From assembly GCA_044867345.1 (NCBI GenBank), contig JBIOUU010000186.1, forward strand, positions 3,895-67,894: a stretch of DNA of 64,000 nucleotides, in the 5' to 3' direction. Within the stretch, counting starts at the first letter, position 1. Each line of letters starts with the position of its first letter. The notes beneath the pieces are model-generated. The model had not been told where the DNA came from, ran no database searches, and saw only the letters and a program-made list of their open reading frames with translations. Shown here piece by piece: positions 17,317-25,515 of the stretch. The position numbers were made by a program, and so were the translations under genes. This DNA comes from Actinomycetota bacterium. GTDB taxonomy: Bacteria > Actinomycetota > UBA4738 > HRBIN12.

Positions 17317-18324
17317 TCAGCGTCGCCTGACGAGCTGGAACGAGCTTCGATACTCGTCGAGGTGGTCCAGCATGGCCCCCGCTCCGAGGACCACGGTCTC
17401 GAGCGGGCGCTCGGTGAGGTGGACGGGGACCTCGCATTCCTGCGCGAGGAGCAGGTCCATCCCCCGAACGAGTCCGCCCCCTCCGGTCAGGAACATGCCG
17501 GTCTCCAGGACGTCGTGGGTGAGCTCGGGTGGAGCCTCGGCCAGGGTCTGGCGCGCCGCGTCGACGATGGCCTGAACCGGCTCGGCCATGGCCAGGCGGA
17601 TCTCGTCCTCGGTGACCCGGACCTTCCTCGGCGCGCCGCTCGCGATGTCCCGCCCGGTCACCACGGCGACCATTCGGGCAGGCGTGGGGAACGCGGCTCC
17701 GATGGCCACCTTCAGCTCCTCGGCCGCCCGCTCTCCGATGGTCACGCCGTACCGCGTGCGGAAGTGGTCCCGGATGGACCCGTCCATGTCGAACCCGCCG
17801 GTGCGGACGGAGCGGCCGCTCACGACCCCGCCCATGGACACCACGGCCATCTCCGTCGTCCCGCCTCCGATGTCGATGATCAGGTTGCCGACCGGCTCGT
17901 TGATGGGCAGCCCGGCCCCGATCGCCGCCGACAGGCCCTCCTCCACCAGCACGGGGTTCCGTCCCCCGGCGAACCGAATCGCCTCTCGGACGGCTCGGAG
18001 CTCGACGGGACTGCTCTCCGACGAGACGGACACTACGACCCTCGGCTTGGGGAACTTCGACACACCGATCTTTCGGAGCACGAGGGCGATCATCTGCTGC
18101 GTCATGTCGAACTCCGTCATGACCCCGTGGCGGAGCGGCCGCACCACCGACCGATTCCCGGCCGAGCCGCCGAGCATCTGCCAGGCCTCGGCCCCCGCGA
18201 ACTCGACTTTCCCCGTCGATCCGTTCAAGGCGATGACGGTGGGCTCGTTGAACACGATCCCCTCGCCCTGCCGGTACACGAGCGTGTTGGCCGTTCCCAG
18301 GTCGATCGCGATCTCGCGGCCCAC
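17317..18324 (-). CDS. mreB: rod-shape/actin-like protein MreB
   Basis: IAIDLGTANTLVY phosphate-1 motif, IIDIGGGTTE and LTGGGGLVRG. Start set to GTG 18324, overlapping the moaE TAG by 1 nt; the track ORF extends to 18456. Confidence 0.85.
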   Translation of the reverse strand: MGREIAIDLGTANTLVYRQGEGIVFNEPTVIALNGSTGKVEFAGAEAWQMLGGSAGNRSVVRPLRHGVMTEFDMTQQMIALVLRKIGVSKFPKPRVVVSVSSESSPVELRAVREAIRFAGGRNPVLVEEGLSAAIGAGLPINEPVGNLIIDIGGGTTEMAVVSMGGVVSGRSVRTGGFDMDGSIRDHFRTRYGVTIGERAAEELKVAIGAAFPTPARMVAVVTGRDIASGAPRKVRVTEDEIRLAMAEPVQAIVDAARQTLAEAPPELTHDVLETGMFLTGGGGLVRGMDLLLAQECEVPVHLTERPLETVVLGAGAMLDHLDEYRSSFQLVRRR

Positions 18325-18749
18325 TAGCTCCCCGTCACCCAGTGGGACTCGCCTTCGGCGAGGTGCTCCTTCTTCCAGATGGGAACGTCTTCCTTCAGCC
18401 GTTCGATCCCGTACCGGCAGGCGTCGAAGGCCTCGGCGCGATGGGGGGCCGAGCACGCCACGACGACGGAGCCCTCCCCGATGGCCAGGTCACCGGTTCG
18501 GTGCAGGAGCGCCACCTTGCGGACCGGCCACCTCTCGAGCATCACCCCGCCGATCTCCTCCAGGCGCTTGGTCGCCAGTTCCTCCCAGGCCTCGTAGGTG
18601 AGGCCGGTGACCGTGCCCGCGGCCGATTGATTTCGGACCGTTCCCAGGAAGACACAGGTACCGCCGGCAGCCGGATCGGCCACGAAGGCGGCCGCCTCAT
18701 CGGCGCCGATCGGCTCGGGTGTGATCCGGATCAACAGTCGGTCTGGCAT
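18324..18749 (-). CDS. moaE: molybdopterin synthase catalytic subunit MoaE
   Basis: 141 aa. GTCVFLGTVRN..., ALLHRTGDLAIGEGSVVVACSAPHRAEAF and PIWKKE are typical of MoaE. Confidence 0.85.
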   Translation of the reverse strand: MPDRLLIRITPEPIGADEAAAFVADPAAGGTCVFLGTVRNQSAAGTVTGLTYEAWEELATKRLEEIGGVMLERWPVRKVALLHRTGDLAIGEGSVVVACSAPHRAEAFDACRYGIERLKEDVPIWKKEHLAEGESHWVTGS

Positions 18750-18813
18750 GGCCCCATTCTAGGGAGGCAGGGAACGACCTCCGGGGACGGCGTAACGAAA
18801 GCCCCCACCTACA

Positions 18814-20001
18814 ATGGTCGGCATGGACGAGCCGCGCGAGCCGCAGCAGAATCCGTTCTCAATCGGGGACGCGTGGGCGGATGCCCCCCTGCTCCGGGAG
18901 ATCCAGCGCGTGTTGCTGTCCTCGACCGGGCCGGTGAACTGGGAGCTGGCCCGCCAGATCGGCATCGCCTCGGCGTCGTGGGGCGGAGGGGACTCGGCAC
19001 CCACAGACGACGATCGGCGGACCTTCGAGGAAGCCGTCCGCCTGGCCGAGCTGAAGGTCCAGGCGTCCACCGGCCTCGAACCCCCTCACGACATTCCCCG
19101 CGTCGACCCGGTTCGCCGGGGACAGTGGGTCCAGGCCAACATCGATGGGCTGAAGGCCATCGTCGAGCCGGCCGCGTCGAAGCTCGCCGAGGCAGTGGAG
19201 CGGGCTCAGGGCGAGGCGGCACCCGCGGAGACGGGCGGGTTCGCCCAGCAGATGCTCCGACAGCTCTCCCCGCTCTTACTCGGGGCCCAGGTCGGGTCCG
19301 TTCTCGGCTACCTCGCGCAACACGTCCTGGGGCAGTACGACATCGCCGTCCCTCGTTCGGACCCGCCGGCGCTCATGTTCGTGGTTCCCAACATCGCCGC
19401 CTTCGAGCGCGACTGGAGCCTGCCGCCCACGGAGTTCCGCACCTGGGTGGCGCTCCATGAGGTCACGCACCGGTTCGAGTTCGCCCGGCCGTGGTCCCTC
19501 GGACGGTTCCGCTCGCTGCTCGAGGACTTCCTCTCCACCGTGGAGCTGGACGTCACTGGCCTCCAGGCCCGCCTCGAGTCATTCGACACGTCCGATCCGC
19601 AAGCCATGCAGGACATGCTCCAGGGCGAGGAGGGCCTGTTCGGCACGGTGCTCGACCAGGAGCAGCGGCTCAAGCTGGGGAGGATCCAGTCATTCATGGC
19701 CTCGGCCGAGGGCTACGGGGACCACGTGACGCACGCGATCGGACGAGAGCTGCTCTCCTCGTACGGCCGGATCGAGGAGGCCATGCGGCGGTACCGTGAG
19801 ACCGAGCAGGGCGACCCGGTGTTCGAGCGGCTCCTGGGGATCGAGATGAAGCGTGAGCAGTACCGGTTGGGCAGGCACTTCTGCGACGCCGTCGTCGAGG
19901 TCACCGATGAGCGGACGCTGGCCAGGATGTGGGAATCGCAGGACTCGCTCCCCTCGCTCCCCGAGCTCGAGGAGCCACGGCTGTGGCTGGCCAGGATCTG
20001 A
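18814..20001 (+). CDS. zinc-dependent metalloprotease-like protein (DUF2342 type)
   Basis: HExxH (ALHEVTHRFEF). The overall pattern recalls the actinobacterial DUF2342 / F420-biosynthesis-associated hydrolase family. Confidence 0.75.
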   Translation: MVGMDEPREPQQNPFSIGDAWADAPLLREIQRVLLSSTGPVNWELARQIGIASASWGGGDSAPTDDDRRTFEEAVRLAELKVQASTGLEPPHDIPRVDPVRRGQWVQANIDGLKAIVEPAASKLAEAVERAQGEAAPAETGGFAQQMLRQLSPLLLGAQVGSVLGYLAQHVLGQYDIAVPRSDPPALMFVVPNIAAFERDWSLPPTEFRTWVALHEVTHRFEFARPWSLGRFRSLLEDFLSTVELDVTGLQARLESFDTSDPQAMQDMLQGEEGLFGTVLDQEQRLKLGRIQSFMASAEGYGDHVTHAIGRELLSSYGRIEEAMRRYRETEQGDPVFERLLGIEMKREQYRLGRHFCDAVVEVTDERTLARMWESQDSLPSLPELEEPRLWLARI

Positions 20002-20046
20002 CGGGGGCCGCGCGGGGCCACTGACCTCCGATATCCTTTCCGCCCG

Positions 20047-20844
20047 ATGACCGTCGGAGAGCTCGTCTTCGCGAGCGTCGTGGATCAGCGGGTCTACGCT
20101 GCGCAGGGCGAACGGGGATCGAACGGCGTCTACCTCCTGGGCGTCCCCGGACGAGCCCTGCCCTTCGTGTTGTACCGGGGCTGGAAGATCGGGACCGGCA
20201 TGGTCACCGAGAGCGTGGACTTCTACGGACCGTCCGGGCGTCTCGTCTATCGATGGGGTCCGGTGGTCCGCCGGATGCTCGGCATGATGGATCTGACCGA
20301 GGAACGTGATCTCGTCGAGGACGCGCAGTTCGACGAGACGGGCATGTACGTCGTCTCGTTCGTCGTCGAGGACGAGATCGTGGGCGAGATCGAATGCCCG
20401 GTGTTCGTCCAGACCGCTCCGGCCAAGCTACCGAAGGACATCGAGGACGGCCTGCGAGGCTCCGACGTCATCTGGGTGGGACCGGAGCAGAACGGGAAGC
20501 CCAGCGCGGTCCCCGTGTGGTTCGTGTACCGGAACGGAAGGATCTACGTCCTGTCGAAGAAGGAGCCGGGGCCGGAGGAGCAGACCGTCCCCGGGATCCC
20601 CGGAGCGTCGGACGTGATCGTGGTGACCCGGTACAAAGCCACGAACCCCGAGCGACGGGGTCGCGACGCCGCGCTGCGGGAATTCCACGCCACCGTGCGG
20701 ACGCTGGAGGGCCCGGAGTGGGAGGAGGCCGCGAAGCTCCTCGTGGACCGGCGCCGGAGCCGGGCGGGGCCGCCGGCCGAGTGGATCGAGCGGTGGCGCG
20801 GATCGTGCGCGATCGCCGAGCTCACCCCGGTGATCCCGCTGTGA
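20047..20844 (+). CDS. hypothetical two-domain protein; C-terminal half resembles a split-barrel (PNPOx/DUF385-like) fold
   Basis: 265 aa. VPVWFVYRNGRIYVLS...VIVVTRY...ATVRTLEGPEWEEAAKLL resembles the flavin/deazaflavin split-barrel family. N-terminal ~130 aa unrecognised. Confidence 0.55.
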   Translation: MTVGELVFASVVDQRVYAAQGERGSNGVYLLGVPGRALPFVLYRGWKIGTGMVTESVDFYGPSGRLVYRWGPVVRRMLGMMDLTEERDLVEDAQFDETGMYVVSFVVEDEIVGEIECPVFVQTAPAKLPKDIEDGLRGSDVIWVGPEQNGKPSAVPVWFVYRNGRIYVLSKKEPGPEEQTVPGIPGASDVIVVTRYKATNPERRGRDAALREFHATVRTLEGPEWEEAAKLLVDRRRSRAGPPAEWIERWRGSCAIAELTPVIPL

Positions 20845-20866
20845 GACCCGCGATCGGCGCGAGCGC

Positions 20867-21883
20867 CTAGACGAGCTGGCGGCCGAGCGCGAGCGCCAGG
20901 GCGTTCAGGTCCTTCGACAGCTCCAACAGATCCCCAGGCGTGAGGGCCTGAGGCCCGTCGCAGAGCGCCTCGCCGGGATCGTGGTGGACGTCGATCATCA
21001 CGCCGTCGGCGCCCGCCGCGATCGCGGCGCGGGCCATGGGCGCGACGAGCTCACGGTGGCCCATCGCATGGGACGGGTCCACGATCACGGGAAGGTGGCT
21101 CTCCAGCTGGGCGACCACCATGCCGCCGAGGTCGAGCGTGTTCCTGGTGGCGGTCTCGAACGTCCGGATCCCTCGTTCGCACAGGATGATCTCGGAGTTT
21201 CCTCGCTGTGCGACGTACTCCGCCGCCATCAGCCACTCCTCGACGGTCGCGGAGAAGCCCCGCTTGAGGAGGACGGGCTTGCTCGTCGCGCCGACCTCCT
21301 TCAGCAGGGCGAAGTTCTGCATGTTGCGGGTGCCTACCTGGAGGGCATCGGCCCACGACGCCACGAGCTCCACGTCCCGTGGCTCCATCACCTCGGTCAC
21401 GACCGGTAGCCCGGTGTCCTCCCGGCATCGGGCCAGGATCTCGAGGCCTCGTTCCCCCAGCCCCTGGAACGAGTACGGCGAGGTGCGGGGTTTGTACGCC
21501 CCGCCCCGCAGGATCGTGGCGCCCGCTGCCTTGGCCCCTTGCGCCGCGGCGAGGGCCTGCTCGTCGCTTTCCACCGCGCACGGTCCGGCGATGATCGTGA
21601 ACGTCTCGCGCCCGACCGCGGCCGGACCCACCTTCACGGTCGTGGGCTGAGGGTGGAGCGCCCTGGCCACCATCTTGTAGGGCTTCCCCACCTGGATCAG
21701 GTGGTCCACGCCGGGGAAGTTGTCCAGGCCGAGCCCCATGAACGATGCCGTGTCGCCGACCAGACCGATGATCGTGTGCACCGCGCCGCGCGAGACGAAG
21801 GCCTCCCCGCCGGCCTCGCGGACCTTCTCGGAGACGCGTTCGATGTCCGCCTCCGTCGCGTCCCTCTTCATCACCACGACCAT
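20867..21883 (-). CDS. aroF: 3-deoxy-7-phosphoheptulonate (DAHP) synthase, type I-beta with N-terminal regulatory domain
   Basis: N-terminal ferredoxin-like domain (MKRDATEADIERV), then IIAGPCAVES and ILRGGAYKPRTSPYSFQGLG KDO8P/DAHP-synthase motifs. Confidence 0.9.
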   Translation of the reverse strand: MVVVMKRDATEADIERVSEKVREAGGEAFVSRGAVHTIIGLVGDTASFMGLGLDNFPGVDHLIQVGKPYKMVARALHPQPTTVKVGPAAVGRETFTIIAGPCAVESDEQALAAAQGAKAAGATILRGGAYKPRTSPYSFQGLGERGLEILARCREDTGLPVVTEVMEPRDVELVASWADALQVGTRNMQNFALLKEVGATSKPVLLKRGFSATVEEWLMAAEYVAQRGNSEIILCERGIRTFETATRNTLDLGGMVVAQLESHLPVIVDPSHAMGHRELVAPMARAAIAAGADGVMIDVHHDPGEALCDGPQALTPGDLLELSKDLNALALALGRQLV

Positions 21884-21920
21884 GGCAACCTCCGCATCCG
21901 GCGGGCCGCCCGGGAGGATG

Positions 21921-21948
21921 AGAAAACCCCGGGCGTTCGGCCCGGGGT
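21921..21948 (-). terminator. intrinsic-terminator-like hairpin inside the aroF 5' leader (candidate attenuator terminator)
   Basis: Minus-strand RNA ACCCCGGGC-CGAAC-GCCCGGGGU followed directly by UUUCU. Perfect 9-bp stem, about 28 nt upstream of the aroF RBS GGAGG (21893..21889). Confidence 0.55.
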
Positions 21949-21975
21949 CCCCTGCGCTCCGTTCGGCTCAGGCGA

Positions 21976-22029
21976 CTACGCCGGGCCCCGCCCGCCGTAG
22001 AAGAACCAGTCACCGAGGACGTGCCGCAT
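21976..22029 (-). CDS. candidate 17-aa leader peptide MRHVLGDWFFYGGRGPA (aromatic-codon sensor)
   Basis: ATG 22029 to TAG 21978..21976, translated codon by codon. TGG TTC TTC TAC lie at 22008..21997. Only a weak RBS (AGG), so it may be near-leaderless. Located between the divergent upp and aroF genes. Confidence 0.5.
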   Translation of the reverse strand: MRHVLGDWFFYGGRGPA

Positions 22030-22135
22030 CAGGCGCCTATCGTGCCAGGCCAGCACGGCGATGGCAACCGATCCGGCCTGGACCGATCCCGTCGCCCTCA
22101 GGCACGGCACCGAGGCTTCGGACTAGGATGCGCGC

Positions 22136-22756
22136 GTGTCGGTGACCGTGGTCGCGCATCCGTTGGCGGAGCACCTCCTGACCCAGCTCCGTGACCGCGA
22201 CACCCCCCCGCCGGTCTTCCGCACGCTCGCCAAGCGCCTGGCCCTGGCCATAACGTTCGAGGCCATCCGGGACCTCCCCACCGAGGAGGTCAAGATCGAG
22301 ACGCCGCTCGAGCCGACGACGGGCCGGGTCCTGGCCGACACCCTGGTGGCCGTGCCGATCCTTCGGGCGGGCCTGGGGATGCTGGAGGCCGTGACGGAGC
22401 TGTTCCCGGAGGTGGCCGTGGGCTACATCGGGCTTGAACGCGACGAGGCCTCCCTGCTTCCGCAGTCGTACTACCGCAAGCTCCCGGAGGTGGCCGGTCG
22501 CCACGTGCTCGTGCTCGACCCCATGCTGGCCACCGGGGGATCGGGCGCGGCGGCCTGCGCAGCAGTGAAGGAGGGCGACCCCGCGTCGGTCCGGTTCGTG
22601 TGCGTCGTCTCTGCGCCCGAGGGGATCGGCAAGATGCAGGCCGAACACCCGGACGTCCCCATCTTCACCGCCGCGGTCGACCGGCAGCTGAACGATCGCG
22701 GATACATCCTGCCCGGCCTCGGTGACTTCGGGGATCGGCTGTTCGGGACGGAGTGA
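22136..22756 (+). CDS. upp: uracil phosphoribosyltransferase
   Basis: VVAHPLAEHLLTQLRD N-terminus and PRPP-binding loop VLVLDPMLATGGS. GTG start. Confidence 0.9.
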   Translation: MSVTVVAHPLAEHLLTQLRDRDTPPPVFRTLAKRLALAITFEAIRDLPTEEVKIETPLEPTTGRVLADTLVAVPILRAGLGMLEAVTELFPEVAVGYIGLERDEASLLPQSYYRKLPEVAGRHVLVLDPMLATGGSGAAACAAVKEGDPASVRFVCVVSAPEGIGKMQAEHPDVPIFTAAVDRQLNDRGYILPGLGDFGDRLFGTE

Positions 22757-22827
22757 GGATCGGGCCCGTCTGCCTGGATGGACGCTTGCGTATGATTCGT
22801 CGGGAAGGTGAGAGAAGGAGGGGGCTG

Positions 22828-23910
22828 ATGAGGAAACTCCTACGGTTCGTCGCCGTCTTCGGACTGTTCGCGCTGGTCACGTCGGCCTGCGCAAAGAGCA
22901 GCGAGGAGGGCGCGAACCCGACCGGCGGGGCCCTGCCCGGTGCCGGGATGTCGGGGTGCGAGGTCACCGACACGGGTGGCATCGATGACAAGAGCTTCAA
23001 CGCCACCGCGTACAAGGGCCTCACCGATGCTGAGAACGACGTTGGGATCAAGGCCAGCTATCTCGAGTCGCAGACCCAGCAGGACTACACGCCCAACATC
23101 CGGGCCTTCCTGGGCAAGTGCGACCTCATCGTAACGGTTGGGTTCTTCCTGGGCGACGCCACGGCTGCCGCGGCCAAGGCGAACCCCGACCAGAAGTTCG
23201 CCATCGTCGACTTCGCGTACGACCCGCCGATCAAGAACGTCCTCGGGCTCACGTTCCAGACGGATCAGGCGGCGTTCCTTGCCGGCTACCTGGCCGCAGG
23301 CATGTCCAAGTCCGGCAAGATCGGGACCTTCGGCGGGGCCAACATCCCGACGGTCACGATCTTCATGAACGGGCTGGCGGCGGGTATCGGACGATACAAC
23401 CAGGACAATGGCACCAGCGTGAAGCTCTTGGGTTGGAACCCGGCGAAGCAAGACGGCACGTTCACCGGCGACTTCGAGAACCAGGACAACGGCAGGCGGG
23501 TGACCGAGGACCTGATCTCGGAGGGCGCCGACATCATCCTGCCGGTCGCCGGCCCGGTCGGTCTCGGGGCTGCCGCGGCTGCGCAGGACGCCGGCGGGGT
23601 CAACCTGATCTGGGTCGACGTGGACGGCTGCGTCTCGGCCTCCGAGTACTGCAGCCTGTTCCTCACGAGCATCGAGAAGCACATGGATATCGCCGTCCAT
23701 GAGGCAATGAAGAGCGTCGTGGATGGAACATTCCAGGGCGGCACCAACTACTCGGGGACGCTCGAGAACGACGGCGTGGGCATCGCCCCGTACCACGACT
23801 TCGAGAGCCAAGTCCCGCCAGAGCTCAGCAGCAAGATCGACGAGCTCAAGCAGGGGATCATCGGAGGGACCGTCTCCGTCGATCCCAAGGACTACCTGAA
23901 GTACCTGTAA
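22828..23910 (+). CDS. BMP-family (PnrA-like) ABC transporter substrate-binding lipoprotein, probably nucleoside-binding
   Basis: ATG 22828 behind GAAGGAGGGGG. Lipobox LVTSAC. GIDDKSFNATAYKGL and FAIVDFAY motifs of Bmp/PnrA proteins. Confidence 0.85.
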   Translation: MRKLLRFVAVFGLFALVTSACAKSSEEGANPTGGALPGAGMSGCEVTDTGGIDDKSFNATAYKGLTDAENDVGIKASYLESQTQQDYTPNIRAFLGKCDLIVTVGFFLGDATAAAAKANPDQKFAIVDFAYDPPIKNVLGLTFQTDQAAFLAGYLAAGMSKSGKIGTFGGANIPTVTIFMNGLAAGIGRYNQDNGTSVKLLGWNPAKQDGTFTGDFENQDNGRRVTEDLISEGADIILPVAGPVGLGAAAAAQDAGGVNLIWVDVDGCVSASEYCSLFLTSIEKHMDIAVHEAMKSVVDGTFQGGTNYSGTLENDGVGIAPYHDFESQVPPELSSKIDELKQGIIGGTVSVDPKDYLKYL

Positions 23911-23929
23911 GCGGGCACGACGACGGGCG

Positions 23930-23945
23930 CCGGGAAAATTCCCGG
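23930..23945 (+). other. short intercistronic stem-loop between the binding-protein and ATPase genes
   Basis: CCGGGAA-AA-TTCCCGG palindrome, 20 nt after the stop of the binding-protein gene. Possibly an mRNA-stabilising or partial terminator structure. Confidence 0.3.
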
Positions 23946-23988
23946 TGGCCCCCCGTATGCTTTCCGCTGACCGGATGGGAGGCCGCCG

Positions 23989-25515
23989 GTGCGCCTGGAG
24001 TTGAGGGGGATCACCAAGCGCTTCCCGGGCGTCGTGGCCAACGATCACGTCGACCTCGAGGTCGAGGAGGGCGAGATCCTGGCGCTCCTCGGCGAGAACG
24101 GTGCCGGCAAGACCACCCTCATGAACATCCTCTACGGCCTGTACCACGCCGACGAGGGGGAGATCCTGATCGACGCGGAGCCGGTCAAGTTCCGCGACCC
24201 GGGCGACGCGATCCGCGCAGGGCTCGGCATGGTGCACCAGCACTTCATGCTGATCCCGGTGTTCACGGTCACCGAGAACGTCATCCTCGGCATCGAGCCG
24301 ACGGGGCCGCTCGGCTGGCTCGACCGCCGGCGGGCCCGCACGAGGGTCTCGGAGCTCAGCCAGACCTACGGCCTGGCCGTTCCACCAGACGCGATGGTGG
24401 AGGAGCTGCCGGTGGGCGTGCAGCAACGAGTGGAGATCCTGAAGGCGCTCTACCGCGAGGCCCAGGTCCTGATCCTGGACGAGCCGACCGCCGTGCTCAC
24501 GCCCCAGGAAACCGAGGAGCTCTTCGCCGTGATGCGATCGCTCAAGGCGGGCGGCAAGTCGGTCATCTTCATCACGCACAAGCTGAAAGAGGTGCTCGCG
24601 GTGGCCGACCGGATCACGGTCCTCCGGGGTGGCAAGGTCGTCGGGACGACGACGCCGGAGGCGGCCAGGGAGGCCGAGCTCGCATCGATGATGGTTGGCC
24701 GGGCGGTCAGCCTCACCGTGGAGAAGGGCCCGCCGGCGCCCAAGGAACCGGTGCTGGAGGTGGCGGACCTCGTCGTGCTGGACGACCGGGCCCAGGTGGC
24801 CGTGGACGGAGTTTCGTTCGACGTGCGGGCCGGCGAGATCGTGTGCGTCGCCGGCGTCCAGGGCAACGGGCAGACGGAGCTCGTGGAAGCGCTGACGGGG
24901 CTCCGGCAGTCGGCTTCGGGCGAGGTTCGGCTGAAGGATCGCGACATCGCGAAGGCCACGCCAAAGCAGGTCCTCGAGGCGGGAGTGGGACACGTACCGG
25001 AGGATCGCCAGCGCGACGGCCTGATCGTGGACTTCACGATCGCCGACAACCTGGTCTTGAACACGTACGACCGCTCGCCGTTCGCCCGCCGGATGGTTCG
25101 GGATCAGGGAGCGATCCGCGAGTCGGCCCTCGCGCGCGTGCGCGAGTTCGACATCCGGACACCGTCGGTCGACATCCCGGCCAGGAACCTCTCGGGTGGG
25201 AACCAGCAGAAGGTCGTGGTGGCGCGGGAGCTCTCACGTCCCATCTCCCTGCTCATCGCAAGCCAGCCCACCCGCGGCCTGGATGTCGGATCGATCGAGT
25301 ACATCCATCGGCAGATCGTGAAGCAGCGGGACGCGGGCATCGCGGTGCTGATCGTCTCCTCCGAGCTCGACGAGGTGCTCGCCCTGGGCGACCGGATCGC
25401 GGTCATGTATCGAGGCCGGATCGTGGACATCGTCCAGGCGAAGGAGGCCACTCGGGACGAGCTCGGCCTGATGATGGCCGGCGCGACCGAAGCGAAGGCG
25501 GCGGCGAGTGGCTGA
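23989..25515 (+). CDS. ABC transporter ATP-binding protein (duplicated ABC domains, sugar/nucleoside type)
   Basis: Walker A GENGAGKTT, signature-like LPVGVQQRVEI and LSGGNQQKVVVA, Walker B VLILDEPT. 508 aa tandem-cassette layout. Confidence 0.9.
   Translation: MRLELRGITKRFPGVVANDHVDLEVEEGEILALLGENGAGKTTLMNILYGLYHADEGEILIDAEPVKFRDPGDAIRAGLGMVHQHFMLIPVFTVTENVILGIEPTGPLGWLDRRRARTRVSELSQTYGLAVPPDAMVEELPVGVQQRVEILKALYREAQVLILDEPTAVLTPQETEELFAVMRSLKAGGKSVIFITHKLKEVLAVADRITVLRGGKVVGTTTPEAAREAELASMMVGRAVSLTVEKGPPAPKEPVLEVADLVVLDDRAQVAVDGVSFDVRAGEIVCVAGVQGNGQTELVEALTGLRQSASGEVRLKDRDIAKATPKQVLEAGVGHVPEDRQRDGLIVDFTIADNLVLNTYDRSPFARRMVRDQGAIRESALARVREFDIRTPSVDIPARNLSGGNQQKVVVARELSRPISLLIASQPTRGLDVGSIEYIHRQIVKQRDAGIAVLIVSSELDEVLALGDRIAVMYRGRIVDIVQAKEATRDELGLMMAGATEAKAAASG

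Noticed and set aside
22840-24993. 717-aa ORF antisense to the BMP binding-protein and ABC ATPase genes
   Set aside because: It spans two well-supported plus-strand genes and their intergenic spacer. The composition is Arg/Asp/Gly/Pro-rich, with no recognisable domain. High-GC antisense artefact.
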